Part shown: in pieces, positions 1-7,936 of the stretch | How positions within the stretch are numbered: position 1 is the stretch's first letter | Layout: every line of letters starts with the position of its first letter | Origin: Candidatus Methylomirabilis sp. | GTDB taxonomy: Bacteria; Methylomirabilota; Methylomirabilia; Methylomirabilales; Methylomirabilaceae | Direction: 5' to 3' | Length of the DNA stretch: 13,834 nucleotides | NCBI GenBank assembly: GCA_041498975.1 | Contig: JBGQJI010000060.1 | Location: forward strand, 1-13,834 | Program-made: the position numbers and the translations under genes | The notes under the pieces: model-generated | What the model was told of the DNA's origin: nothing | What the model saw: the letters and a program-made list of their open reading frames with translations, nothing else | Databases searched by the model: none

Positions 1-140
1 GCGGTTCCGGCGACTGAACGCCCCAGAGTTGCTGCAAGAGGTCTACCACGGCGCACAATACGTCAACGGAGTGCGCGTCCAGGAACGAGCCTGGGAGGTT
101 GCCGCCTGACCTCTATTTGCACACATTTTGACAAGACCTC
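1..140 (+). mobile_element. Right end of an IS256-family insertion sequence, including the terminal inverted repeat (~117-140)
   Basis: After the transposase stop comes TTTGCACACATTTTGACAAGACCTC. Its reverse complement GAGGTCTTGTCAAAATGTGTG resembles IS256-type termini. The left TIR is outside the window. Confidence 0.72.
2..109 (+). CDS. IS256-family transposase, C-terminal fragment (5' part lies outside the window)
   Basis: Frame 2 reads RFRRLNAPELLQEVYHGAQYVNGVRVQERAWEVAA*, with TGA at 107-109. This matches my recollection of the IS256-type C-terminal motif (RRLNxPxLLxxVxxGxxFxxG...AA*). Confidence 0.8.
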   Translation, partial: RFRRLNAPELLQEVYHGAQYVNGVRVQERAWEVAA

Positions 141-153
141 CAATAAGGCATTG

Positions 154-170
154 AGCAAGGGCTATGCCAG
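154..170 (-). promoter_or_regulatory. Sigma54 (-24/-12) promoter
   Basis: The minus strand reads CTGGCAT-AGCCC-TTGCT, against consensus TGGCAC-N5-TTGC, with exact GG-N10-GC spacing. It lies in a relatively AT-rich intergenic region. Predicted TSS is ~143. Confidence 0.7.
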
Positions 171-217
171 CCAGCCTTGCCAGATCAAACCAGGGTACCG
201 ATGGTGTAATCCATTAA

Positions 218-230
218 AACCAAAGGGTTT
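218..230. promoter_or_regulatory. Possible IHF site upstream of the sigma54 promoter
   Basis: AACCAAAGGGTTT versus WATCAANNNNTTR gives 2 mismatches. The context is AT-rich and lies between the promoter and the expected enhancer region. Confidence 0.25.
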
Positions 231-487
231 ATTCGCAAGTTATCACCGCAGAATCTGTCGAATAAGATGATCAGCGGAGGCAGGAGCGGGCGTTAGTGTC
301 CCACTGTGATGCGAGTCTTTTTAGAGAGGTCTGCAAATTCCAATACTTCTCGATCTTTCCGGATGCGACTCAAATGCCACAGTAAGACACAGCATACCCC
401 ACTTCTGAGGCTGTCTTGGAGAATCTCTGACCTGACCACCCGGTCGGGCTTCAGCCCTAAGGGGATCCTCCCTTACTCCATCGCCAG

Positions 488-516
488 TTGACAGGCGTTG
501 AGCGATGCCTTAACCT
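488..516 (+). promoter_or_regulatory. Sigma70-type promoter for the Kdo hydroxylase gene
   Basis: Perfect TTGACA (488-493), a 17-nt spacer, then TAACCT (511-516), ~70 nt upstream of the GTG start. Confidence 0.6.
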
Positions 517-589
517 TCCCCCTTGAACAGACACTCCACACGATTCAGCAGTGGAAGTCAAGAACCTATCCAGGTGATCGGGACGGACG

Positions 590-1486
590 GTGGAGCTGAC
601 CGAGTTGACGGACACCAGCCAGGAACTCAGCGCCTGGCACTACCAACAGTTGGAGGCGGGGGGTATCCTGTTCTTTCCCCGCACGCCGATCGGGCTTTCA
701 GAGGAGCAGCATCGGGCGCTTCTCAGTCAGCGGCAGACTGAAGCCTCGTACCATAAAAATATCGCGTACCGGCCTGCTGAGGACGTCATCACGGGGATGG
801 CCAGAGGGAGCGATCGCGAACAGTTGCGCCGTATTCTGAAAGAGTACTGCCGTCAAACGGCAGGGGTGATCGCTCGATTACTGCCGCGCTATGCCAGGTC
901 CTCGCGGCTCGATTTCACCAGTTTCCGGCCCTTCCAAGAGGAAGGGCGGACACTTCCCCTGCGCTCTCGCAACGACCTGCTGCACATCGACGCGTTTCCC
1001 ACCCGTCCCACAAACGGCGATCGGATCCTGCGCTTTTTCACGAACATCCACCCCGAGCAACGGCGGGTGTGGCTTACCTCAGAAGCGTTCCCGGCACTGG
1101 TCCAACGCTTCGCTGGAGAGGCCTGGCTTCGGGCGGTGGCGCGCAAGCGCTTTTCGCCGCTCTGGCAGACGCTGGCCAGGATCGCACGCGCGGCCCGTTT
1201 CCTGCCTTCCGTCCGTTCGCCCTATGACGCGATCATGCTTCGGTTCCACCATTTTTTGAAAGAAAACCGTCACTTCCAGGAGAGCTGTCCGAAGGTCCGG
1301 CTCGAATTCCCTCCTCTGTCGAGCTGGCTCGTATTCACCGACATGGTCAGCCATGCAGTCCTCGCCGGTCAGTATGCCCTCGAGCAGACCTTTATCGTTT
1401 CCTTGCAGGCGCTCCTGCACCCCGACCAGGCCCCGGTGAACATCCTTGAGCGTCTTGCGCGCAATCCGCTGACCTGGCGCCCTTGA
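590..1486 (+). CDS. kdoO: Kdo hydroxylase family protein (Fe(II)/2-oxoglutarate dioxygenase, Kdo to Ko in LPS)
   Basis: 298 aa with the family motifs KNIAYRP, TSFRP, NDLLHIDAFPTRPTNGDRILRFFTNI, RSPYD..M..FH..LK, and W.VFTD.VSHAVLAGQYALEQTF. The HxD...H iron triad is present. The exact start is uncertain. Confidence 0.88.
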   Translation: MELTELTDTSQELSAWHYQQLEAGGILFFPRTPIGLSEEQHRALLSQRQTEASYHKNIAYRPAEDVITGMARGSDREQLRRILKEYCRQTAGVIARLLPRYARSSRLDFTSFRPFQEEGRTLPLRSRNDLLHIDAFPTRPTNGDRILRFFTNIHPEQRRVWLTSEAFPALVQRFAGEAWLRAVARKRFSPLWQTLARIARAARFLPSVRSPYDAIMLRFHHFLKENRHFQESCPKVRLEFPPLSSWLVFTDMVSHAVLAGQYALEQTFIVSLQALLHPDQAPVNILERLARNPLTWRP

Positions 1487-1508
1487 GGCCATCGCCTCTC
1501 CCCACGCT

Positions 1509-1569
1509 CGCGGTCCGGCTACTTCCCTCGGAAATCTCACGGCGCACCTAGGGGAGTGGCGACTTCGCG
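1509..1569 (+). terminator. Long stem-loop between the convergent kdoO and usp genes (no U-tract)
   Basis: GCTACTTCCCT (1518-1528) pairs with AGGGGAGTGGC (1550-1560), 11 bp including 2 G-U pairs. Outer pairings are CGCG/CGCG and GTC/GAC. Confidence 0.4.
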
Positions 1570-1580
1570 GCAACAGACAT

Positions 1581-2051
1581 TCATGCGCTCCGCACGATGA
1601 GGACGGGGCGATCGGCTGAGCGCAAGACGCGCTCTGCCACAGATCCCAGGACCAGGCGGGCCACCCCGGTATGGCCATGGGAGGCCATCACGATGAGGTC
1701 CACATCGAGGACTTTCGCTTCCTGGCAGATCGCCTCGTGGACGCTCTCCTGGGTCTCCACGACCCGGACTTCGGTCGCGACCACCCGCCGTCTCCGGAAC
1801 TCCTCAGGCACAAGCTGTTCAAGCTCACGGAGCAATGCTTCCCTCAGCTCCTCGCGCTCCGTTCCCGAGACCGCCCTGCCTGGTGAGTAGTGGGCGTAGA
1901 GCGGGTTCGGCAGTCCGGGCACCTCGACGACGTGACAGAGGACAACCGTCCCGCTCCTCTTCGCCAGGACGGCGTAGGCGTGAGGTATCGCCGCATTTCC
2001 GAGGGGCGAGAAATCGGTCGTCACGAGCAGCTTCCGATACGTCGGTATCAC
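1581..2051 (-). CDS. Universal stress protein (single USP domain)
   Basis: N-terminal YRKLLVTTDFS and C-terminal DLIVMASHGHTG...LGSVAERVLRSADRPVLIV. GTG start with a GGAGG RBS. Confidence 0.95.
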   Translation of the reverse strand: MIPTYRKLLVTTDFSPLGNAAIPHAYAVLAKRSGTVVLCHVVEVPGLPNPLYAHYSPGRAVSGTEREELREALLRELEQLVPEEFRRRRVVATEVRVVETQESVHEAICQEAKVLDVDLIVMASHGHTGVARLVLGSVAERVLRSADRPVLIVRSA

Positions 2052-2103
2052 GATCCCTCCACTTTCTTTGGCGGGCCGACCTCCGCCACGTGATTGGAAT
2101 CCA

Positions 2104-4728
2104 TCAACACACCAAGACCAGCGCGTTCCGCCAGCCAGCTTTCCGCTTCAACCATTTCTCCCCCTCCACTGCCAAGAAGACGGCAGAAGATGCCCCAAGG
2201 GCCACACCGAGCTCCACAGCGCTCAGGGGTTCGGTCTTGAAGACCCCATTCAGGATCGGGACATAGATGGCGGCCAGTTGGAGAGAGAACGTCAGGGCGA
2301 CCGCGCCCAGGAGCGGCTTGTTGGAAAAGAGCCCTTGAGCGAACAGCGATTCCCGCTCCGAACGGATGGCGAGCACATTGGCCAACTGAGAAAGGCAGAG
2401 GACGGTGAAGACTGCCGTCTGCCAACGGGAGGAGCCGACATGGACGAGCCAACCCTCGGTGCCAAGGGTGAGGGCCGCCATGAACAGCCCAACCCAGATG
2501 ACGTGGATCCCCAAGCCATGGGCGAACACTCCCTCGTCAGGCGGCCGAGGGGGGCGCCGCATGATATCCCTCTCCTCCGGCTCGGCCGCCAGGGCGAGGC
2601 CTGGCAGCCCATCGGTCACCAGGTTGATCCAGAGGATTTGGATCGGGAGGAGCGGAGTAGGCAACCCCAGAAAGGGGGCGAGGAAGATGGTCCAGATCTC
2701 GCCGGAGTTGGTGGTCACCGCGTACCTGATGAACCTCCGGAGGTTGTCGTAGATCTTCCGACCCTCCCGGACCGCTCGAACGATGGTGGCGAAGTTGTCG
2801 TCCAAGAGGATCATCGAGCTGGCCTCCTTAGTCACGTCAGTGCCGGTGATCCCCATGGCCACGCCGATGTCGGCCTGCTTCAAGGCTGGCGCGTCATTGA
2901 CGCCGTCCCCGGTCATTGCGACGATTTCCCCTCGTGCTTGGAGCGCCGTGACGAGCTTCAGCTTTTGCTCCGGCGCCACCCTCGCATAGACCCGGATCTT
3001 CTCGACGCGCGCCTCAAACTCTTGCTGCGAGAGGGTGGCCAGCTCGGGTCCGGTCATCACGGCGTCGCCCTCGTCGAGTATTCGAAGGCGCTTGGCGATG
3101 GCCCTGGCGGTGAGGGGATGATCCCCCGTGATCATCACGGGCACGATCCCGGCGGTCTTGCACATCTCTACCGCCTCCCGAACCTCCTCCCTGGGAGGAT
3201 CCATGATCCCCACGAAACCAAGAAGCGTCAACTCCCGCTCCACCGTTCCAGGAGTCACCGTCGCCGGCAGAGACGGCCACCGCCGCATGCCGAGGCCGAG
3301 CACCCTCAGGCCGTCGGCAGCCATCCGCTCGCTGACTTTCAGCAGCTCTCCCGGTTGGATCTCGACCGTGCCACACGAGGTCAACGTCTGCGCCGACTTG
3401 TCAAGGACGACCTCGATTGCGCCCTTTGTGAAGGAGACATAGCCACTGACGGGGTCCCGGTGCAGGGTGGTCATGCACTTCCGGTCCGAGTCAAAAGGAA
3501 GTTCCGCCACCCGGGGATAGCGCTTCTCCACCTCCTGCTTCTCGGTCCCTGCCTCTGCAGCGGCCGCGAAGAGCGCGACCTCCGTCGGGTCCCCGACGAT
3601 CCTCCCCACGGCATCGGCGCTGGCGTCGTTACTGAGCGCCATCGCCCGGAGGAGTTCATCCCACGGGCCGCCCGATTGAGGAGCGCGCTCGATGGCGGCG
3701 TCGCAATAGAACTCCTCGACCCGCATCCGGTTCATGGTGAGCGTGCCGGTTTTGTCCGAGCAGATGAAGGTCACCGACCCGAGGGTCTCCACGGCGGAGA
3801 GCTTCCGCACCAACCCCCTCTTCTGGACCATCTTCCTCGCGCCGAGGGCCAGAGAGATCGTGACGACGGCCGGGAGGGCCTCCGGGATGGCCGCTACGGC
3901 CAGGCTGACCGCGATCAGGAACATGAGGAGCGGGGCCTCGCCGCGCATGATTCCCGCCGCAAAGACGATGGCGCAGATGGCCAGGACTGCGATCGCCAGG
4001 CGCTGCCCGAAGTTGGCCAGACGCTTCTGCAAAGGTGTCTTGACCTCGACGGCCTCCTGGAGCAGTGCGGCGATCTTGCCGAACTCGGTCTTCATGCCGG
4101 TCGCCACCACAACCCCGCTGCCCCGGCCGTAGGTCACGACAGTCCCCTTGAAAGCCATGTTCTTCCGATCGCCGACGGCAAGCGCTTCCTCAAGAAGGGG
4201 CTCCGTGATCTTCTCGACCGGGAGGGACTCCCCCGTGAGGGCGGCCTCCTCCACCCTGAGCTGGGCGGCCTCGAGAAGCCTGAGATCGGCGGGCACGACC
4301 GCGCCAGCTTGGAGGAATGCGACATCCCCCGGCACAACCTCCGCGGCCCGGATGAGGACAGACCCTCCGTCCCGGAGAACCATTGCCGTGGGGGCTGCCA
4401 TCGCCTTGAGGGCCTCCATGGCCCGCTCGGCCCGGTACTCCTGGACGAAGCCGACGGCCGCATTCAGAACGACGATCGCGACAATCGCAATCGTGTCCTT
4501 CAATTCGCCGATCAGCCCCGAAACCACGGCGGCGGCCAGGAGCACGATGATCATGAAGTCCTTGAACTGGTCGATGAACATCCAAAGGGAGGTCCGGGGC
4601 TGCGCCTCGGAAAGCACGTTGGGACCGTGCTCGGAGAGGCGACGTCGGCCCTCCTCGGCGCTGAGGCCCCGCCTGGTCGTTTTCAGGTACTCGGCCACCG
4701 CCTCGCTAGACATCTGATGCCATTGCAT
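2104..4728 (-). CDS. Cation-translocating P-type ATPase, type IIA (Ca2+-ATPase-like)
   Basis: TGES, VAAIPEALP, the DKTGTLT phosphorylation site, TGDH, TGDGVNDAPAL, TM5 NSGE and TM6 WINLVTDG. Start placed at ATG 4728 (MQWHQM), 7 nt after the cytochrome c stop. The ORF-track start 4758 overlaps the upstream gene. Confidence 0.93.
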   Translation of the reverse strand: MQWHQMSSEAVAEYLKTTRRGLSAEEGRRRLSEHGPNVLSEAQPRTSLWMFIDQFKDFMIIVLLAAAVVSGLIGELKDTIAIVAIVVLNAAVGFVQEYRAERAMEALKAMAAPTAMVLRDGGSVLIRAAEVVPGDVAFLQAGAVVPADLRLLEAAQLRVEEAALTGESLPVEKITEPLLEEALAVGDRKNMAFKGTVVTYGRGSGVVVATGMKTEFGKIAALLQEAVEVKTPLQKRLANFGQRLAIAVLAICAIVFAAGIMRGEAPLLMFLIAVSLAVAAIPEALPAVVTISLALGARKMVQKRGLVRKLSAVETLGSVTFICSDKTGTLTMNRMRVEEFYCDAAIERAPQSGGPWDELLRAMALSNDASADAVGRIVGDPTEVALFAAAAEAGTEKQEVEKRYPRVAELPFDSDRKCMTTLHRDPVSGYVSFTKGAIEVVLDKSAQTLTSCGTVEIQPGELLKVSERMAADGLRVLGLGMRRWPSLPATVTPGTVERELTLLGFVGIMDPPREEVREAVEMCKTAGIVPVMITGDHPLTARAIAKRLRILDEGDAVMTGPELATLSQQEFEARVEKIRVYARVAPEQKLKLVTALQARGEIVAMTGDGVNDAPALKQADIGVAMGITGTDVTKEASSMILLDDNFATIVRAVREGRKIYDNLRRFIRYAVTTNSGEIWTIFLAPFLGLPTPLLPIQILWINLVTDGLPGLALAAEPEERDIMRRPPRPPDEGVFAHGLGIHVIWVGLFMAALTLGTEGWLVHVGSSRWQTAVFTVLCLSQLANVLAIRSERESLFAQGLFSNKPLLGAVALTFSLQLAAIYVPILNGVFKTEPLSAVELGVALGASSAVFLAVEGEKWLKRKAGWRNALVLVC

Positions 4729-4735
4729 GGGCGCC

Positions 4736-5170
4736 TTACTCTTGAAGACTGAGGACATAGTCGGCGATCAGGCGGACCTGCAGGACGGTGGTCTGCCGGG
4801 GCCATCGGCCCTTCTGCTCTTCAGTCTCACGCTCGAAGACGACGCCCCAGACGGGCATCGCGGAGTCCCCGTGGGCGCGGACGGGGTAGCGCCCATCGAT
4901 GGCGGCCATGACATCCCGGATGGGATACTGTCCCTTGTAACGCTCGCGAAGGCGTGTGAGATCGTTCGGCCTCGGCCGGAGGGCCTTCGACGCAGGGCCA
5001 TCTCCCTTTCCGCCGACCCCGTGGCAGGAGGCGCAGTACCGGATGTAGAGATCCCGGCCATGCAGAGGCACCTCGGTCGGCCTGGTGACGACGAAGAAGA
5101 CGATCCCCCCGAGGACGACGAGGCCGCCCAGGACCAGGCCGCCAGCTCGAACCAGACGAGTCGTGTCCAT
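4736..5170 (-). CDS. Membrane-anchored monoheme c-type cytochrome
   Basis: N-terminal hydrophobic helix, GRDLY..YCASCHG heme-binding motif, P.DLT.L, and HG..AMPVWG (likely Met axial ligand). ATG 5170 has a GGAGGAAGG RBS. Confidence 0.9.
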   Translation of the reverse strand: MDTTRLVRAGGLVLGGLVVLGGIVFFVVTRPTEVPLHGRDLYIRYCASCHGVGGKGDGPASKALRPRPNDLTRLRERYKGQYPIRDVMAAIDGRYPVRAHGDSAMPVWGVVFERETEEQKGRWPRQTTVLQVRLIADYVLSLQE

Positions 5171-5261
5171 AGCCTTCCTCCGTTCGCGCTGAGAAAGTGG
5201 CGGGGCATCACAACCCGACGTGATCGGACTCGTCGAGGAAGGCCGCGCCACGGTAATGCAG

Positions 5262-7781
5262 TTATACGGGATAGCGACGGTAGAACCAGCCCTTCACGAC
5301 CTCCACAAGCGCGAGGTAGGCTGCGATCATGACGACGAGAAAGACGAGAAAGAGTGGTGGAAGCGGCGTGAAGCCAACCCACTGGGCGATCGGCGTAAAC
5401 GGGAGCAGCACCCCTGCCCCGACGCTGCCGCCGACGCCCCAGGCGAGGGCGCGGCTTGGCGGACTCGCCCACGGACGCGCGGCCGTGCGGATGACGAAGA
5501 TGACGAGCGTTTGAGTGGCCAGCGACTCGACGAACCAGCCGGTGTGGAAGAGGTCCTCGCCCGCATGAAACACCTTGAGCATCACGATGAACGTCACGAA
5601 ATCGAAGGCCGAGCTGATCGGCCCGATCATCAGCATGTAGCGGCGGATGAATGCGACGTTCCACCGTTTTGGCTTCACCAGGTACGTGCTATCGACCCGG
5701 TCCGAGGGGATGGCCACCTGCGACAGATCGTACAGGAAGTTGTTCAGGAGAATCTGCATCGGGAGCATCGGAAGAAAGGGCAGGAACAGAGACGCGACGG
5801 CCATGCTGAGCATGTTGCCGAAGTTCGAGCTGGTGCCCATGAGCACGTACTTCATGACGTTCCCGAAGCTCCGCCGTCCCTCCGCAACGCCTACATGAAG
5901 CACAGCCAGGTCCTTCTCAAGCAAAATGATGTCCGCCGCATCCTTGGCGACGTCCACGGCGTTCTGCACGGAGATTCCGACATCGGCGGTCCGCAGCGCG
6001 GGCGCATCATTGATGCCATCCCCGACGCACCCCACCACGTGGCCGCGCGATCGGAGCGCCTGGACGATCCGGTTCTTCTGTATGGGGGACACGCGCGCGA
6101 AGACCGTCGTGCGTTCCGCAATCGTCGCGAGCGCGGGGTCCGGCATGCGGTCGATCTCTTCGCCGAGGACGATCGAGTCCGTGGCGAGACCCACTTGGGC
6201 GCAGATCCGCTCCGTCACAAGCTCGTTGTCGCCGGTGACGATCTTCACCTCGACGCCGTCCGCCCGCAGCGCGGCAATCGTCTCGGCCACGCCTTCGCGG
6301 GGCGGGTCGAGGAACGCGGCGAAGCCGGCAACCGTGAGATTGTGCTCATCGCCGACCGTGTAGCCAGTTTGGCGTTCCACCGTCCGGTATGCCACCCCCA
6401 AGACGCGATAGCCGTCGGCGCTCAGCGTCCGAAAAAGCCTTCCGGCCCGTTCCCTCGCGGCCGCATCGAACGGCCCGATCGCCCCATCAAGCTCCATGTT
6501 TTCACAGAGTTGCAGGACGCTCTCCGGTGCACCCTTCGTGATGAGCAGGCGCCGGCCGCCATCCTCCACAACCACGGAGACCCGACGACGCTCGAAATCG
6601 AACGGGATCTCGTCCACCCGCACGTAGCATGCCACGTCCGGGTGCTCGTGGCGAAGGATGGCCTCGTCCATCGGGCTTCGAAGCCCGGTCTGGTACGCGC
6701 TGTTCAGGGCCGCCAGCCGGATGACGACCTCATCGTTCTCGCCCCGCAGGTTCACATGCCGGTCCACCGTGATTTCGCCAAGCGTCAGCGTCCCCGTCTT
6801 GTCGCAGCAGAGGATATCCATGCTGCCGAAGTTCTCGATCGCAGCGAGCCGCTTCACGATGACCTTCTTTTTCGCCATGCGGAGCGCGCCGCTCGCGAGC
6901 GTGACAGACACGATCATGGGGAGGAGTTCGGGCGTGAGCCCCACCGCGAGAGCGACGGCGAACAGGAACGATTCGATCGGGTCGCGGCGGAACAGCGCGT
7001 TCACCAGGAACACGAACAACACGAGGAAGATCACGACTTCAAGGATGAGGAACCCGAACTGGCGGGTGCCACGTTCGAACTCGGTGTCCGGTGGGGGGGC
7101 GCTCAGTTGAGCGGCGACGTGGCCGAACTCGGTCGAGGGACCGGTATGGACCACGACGGCAACGCCGAGCCCGCTTACGACCGAGGTGCCGCGGAACACA
7201 GCGGTCGTGGCATCGCCGAGGCCGTTCCCGGCGGCTCCCTCCGCGCTCGCGTGCTTCTCCCTCGGGAGCGACTCGCCGGTCAGGGAAGCCTCGTTCAGGA
7301 AGAGGTCCTTTGCCGCAAGCAGCCGGCAGTCGGCGGGAACGAGGTCGCCCGCCGACAGGTGGATGGCGTCCCCGGGAACAACCTCGCGCACCGGCAGCTC
7401 GCGCAGAGCGTTGTCCCGCACCACCGTCGCCACCTGCCCGACTCGCTCGCGCAGCCGGCGGGCGGCGAGCTGCGACCGGTAGGCCTGCGTGAAGTTGAGC
7501 ACGATGCTGAGTACGACCATCAGGGCGATGACGGCAGAGCTGACCACTTGACCGAAGGCGGCAGACACGCCGCTGGCCAGCAGGAGGATCAGGACGAGGG
7601 GGTTTGCCAGGTAGCGACAGATCTCGCGGACGGCCTCGAAGCGACGCGGGGGGGCCAGCTCGTTCGGGCCCCAACGTTTGAGCCGCACGCCGGCCTCAGC
7701 CGACGTGAGGCCGGCCTCAGAGCCGGCGACCTCCTCCAGAACCTGCGCGACCGGCAGCGTCCAGAACGGCCCTGACCTCAT
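5262..7781 (-). CDS. mgtA: Magnesium-translocating P-type ATPase (type IIIB)
   Basis: AVGLTPELLPMI, DKTGTLT, GDGINDAPAL, KYVLMGTSSNFGNMLS, LLNNFLYD and FHTGWFVESLATQ are MgtA/MgtB signatures. GGAGGAGG RBS. Confidence 0.93.
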   Translation of the reverse strand: MRSGPFWTLPVAQVLEEVAGSEAGLTSAEAGVRLKRWGPNELAPPRRFEAVREICRYLANPLVLILLLASGVSAAFGQVVSSAVIALMVVLSIVLNFTQAYRSQLAARRLRERVGQVATVVRDNALRELPVREVVPGDAIHLSAGDLVPADCRLLAAKDLFLNEASLTGESLPREKHASAEGAAGNGLGDATTAVFRGTSVVSGLGVAVVVHTGPSTEFGHVAAQLSAPPPDTEFERGTRQFGFLILEVVIFLVLFVFLVNALFRRDPIESFLFAVALAVGLTPELLPMIVSVTLASGALRMAKKKVIVKRLAAIENFGSMDILCCDKTGTLTLGEITVDRHVNLRGENDEVVIRLAALNSAYQTGLRSPMDEAILRHEHPDVACYVRVDEIPFDFERRRVSVVVEDGGRRLLITKGAPESVLQLCENMELDGAIGPFDAAARERAGRLFRTLSADGYRVLGVAYRTVERQTGYTVGDEHNLTVAGFAAFLDPPREGVAETIAALRADGVEVKIVTGDNELVTERICAQVGLATDSIVLGEEIDRMPDPALATIAERTTVFARVSPIQKNRIVQALRSRGHVVGCVGDGINDAPALRTADVGISVQNAVDVAKDAADIILLEKDLAVLHVGVAEGRRSFGNVMKYVLMGTSSNFGNMLSMAVASLFLPFLPMLPMQILLNNFLYDLSQVAIPSDRVDSTYLVKPKRWNVAFIRRYMLMIGPISSAFDFVTFIVMLKVFHAGEDLFHTGWFVESLATQTLVIFVIRTAARPWASPPSRALAWGVGGSVGAGVLLPFTPIAQWVGFTPLPPLFLVFLVVMIAAYLALVEVVKGWFYRRYPV

Positions 7782-7865
7782 CCTCCTCCACGAAACGCCA
7801 CATGCCGATGCCAGCTGAGGTCCATCCGCTTAGGCCGGAAGGCGGAGATGAATCATGCAGAAATC

Positions 7866-7924
7866 CGGGCGCGGCATCGAGGGGAAAGATGCGATCGTCT
7901 GCGCGCCCCCCGGTGTCGCGCCCG
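7866..7924 (-). terminator. Long inverted repeat downstream of gltA and upstream of mgtA (possible terminator or attenuator)
   Basis: 7866-7884 pairs with 7906-7924 (16 Watson-Crick pairs of 19 positions). On the mRNA strand it is followed by GAUUUCU, only a short U-run. Confidence 0.45.
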
Positions 7925-7936
7925 TCGATCTCCCGG

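Noticed and set aside
470..487. Fluoride-riboswitch-like GGCGATGGAGT on the minus strand
   Set aside because: The complementary TCGCC arm and downstream pseudoknot segment are missing.
306..491. 61-aa ORF in the left intergenic region
   Set aside because: No RBS, atypical composition, and overlap with promoter and structured elements.
2069..2088. 6-bp hairpin TGGCGG/CCGCCA between the ATPase and usp
   Set aside because: It is followed by A-rich rather than U-rich sequence on the mRNA strand, so it is not a credible intrinsic terminator, and it is short enough to be chance.
2068..4752. 894-aa + strand ORF
   Set aside because: It is the antisense shadow of the P-type ATPase, nearly co-terminal with it and with no recognisable motifs. 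Such stop-free antisense frames are common in GC-rich P-ATPase genes.
5220..7775. 851-aa + strand ORF
   Set aside because: Antisense shadow of mgtA, with R/H/D-rich composition typical of reverse-complement codon bias.
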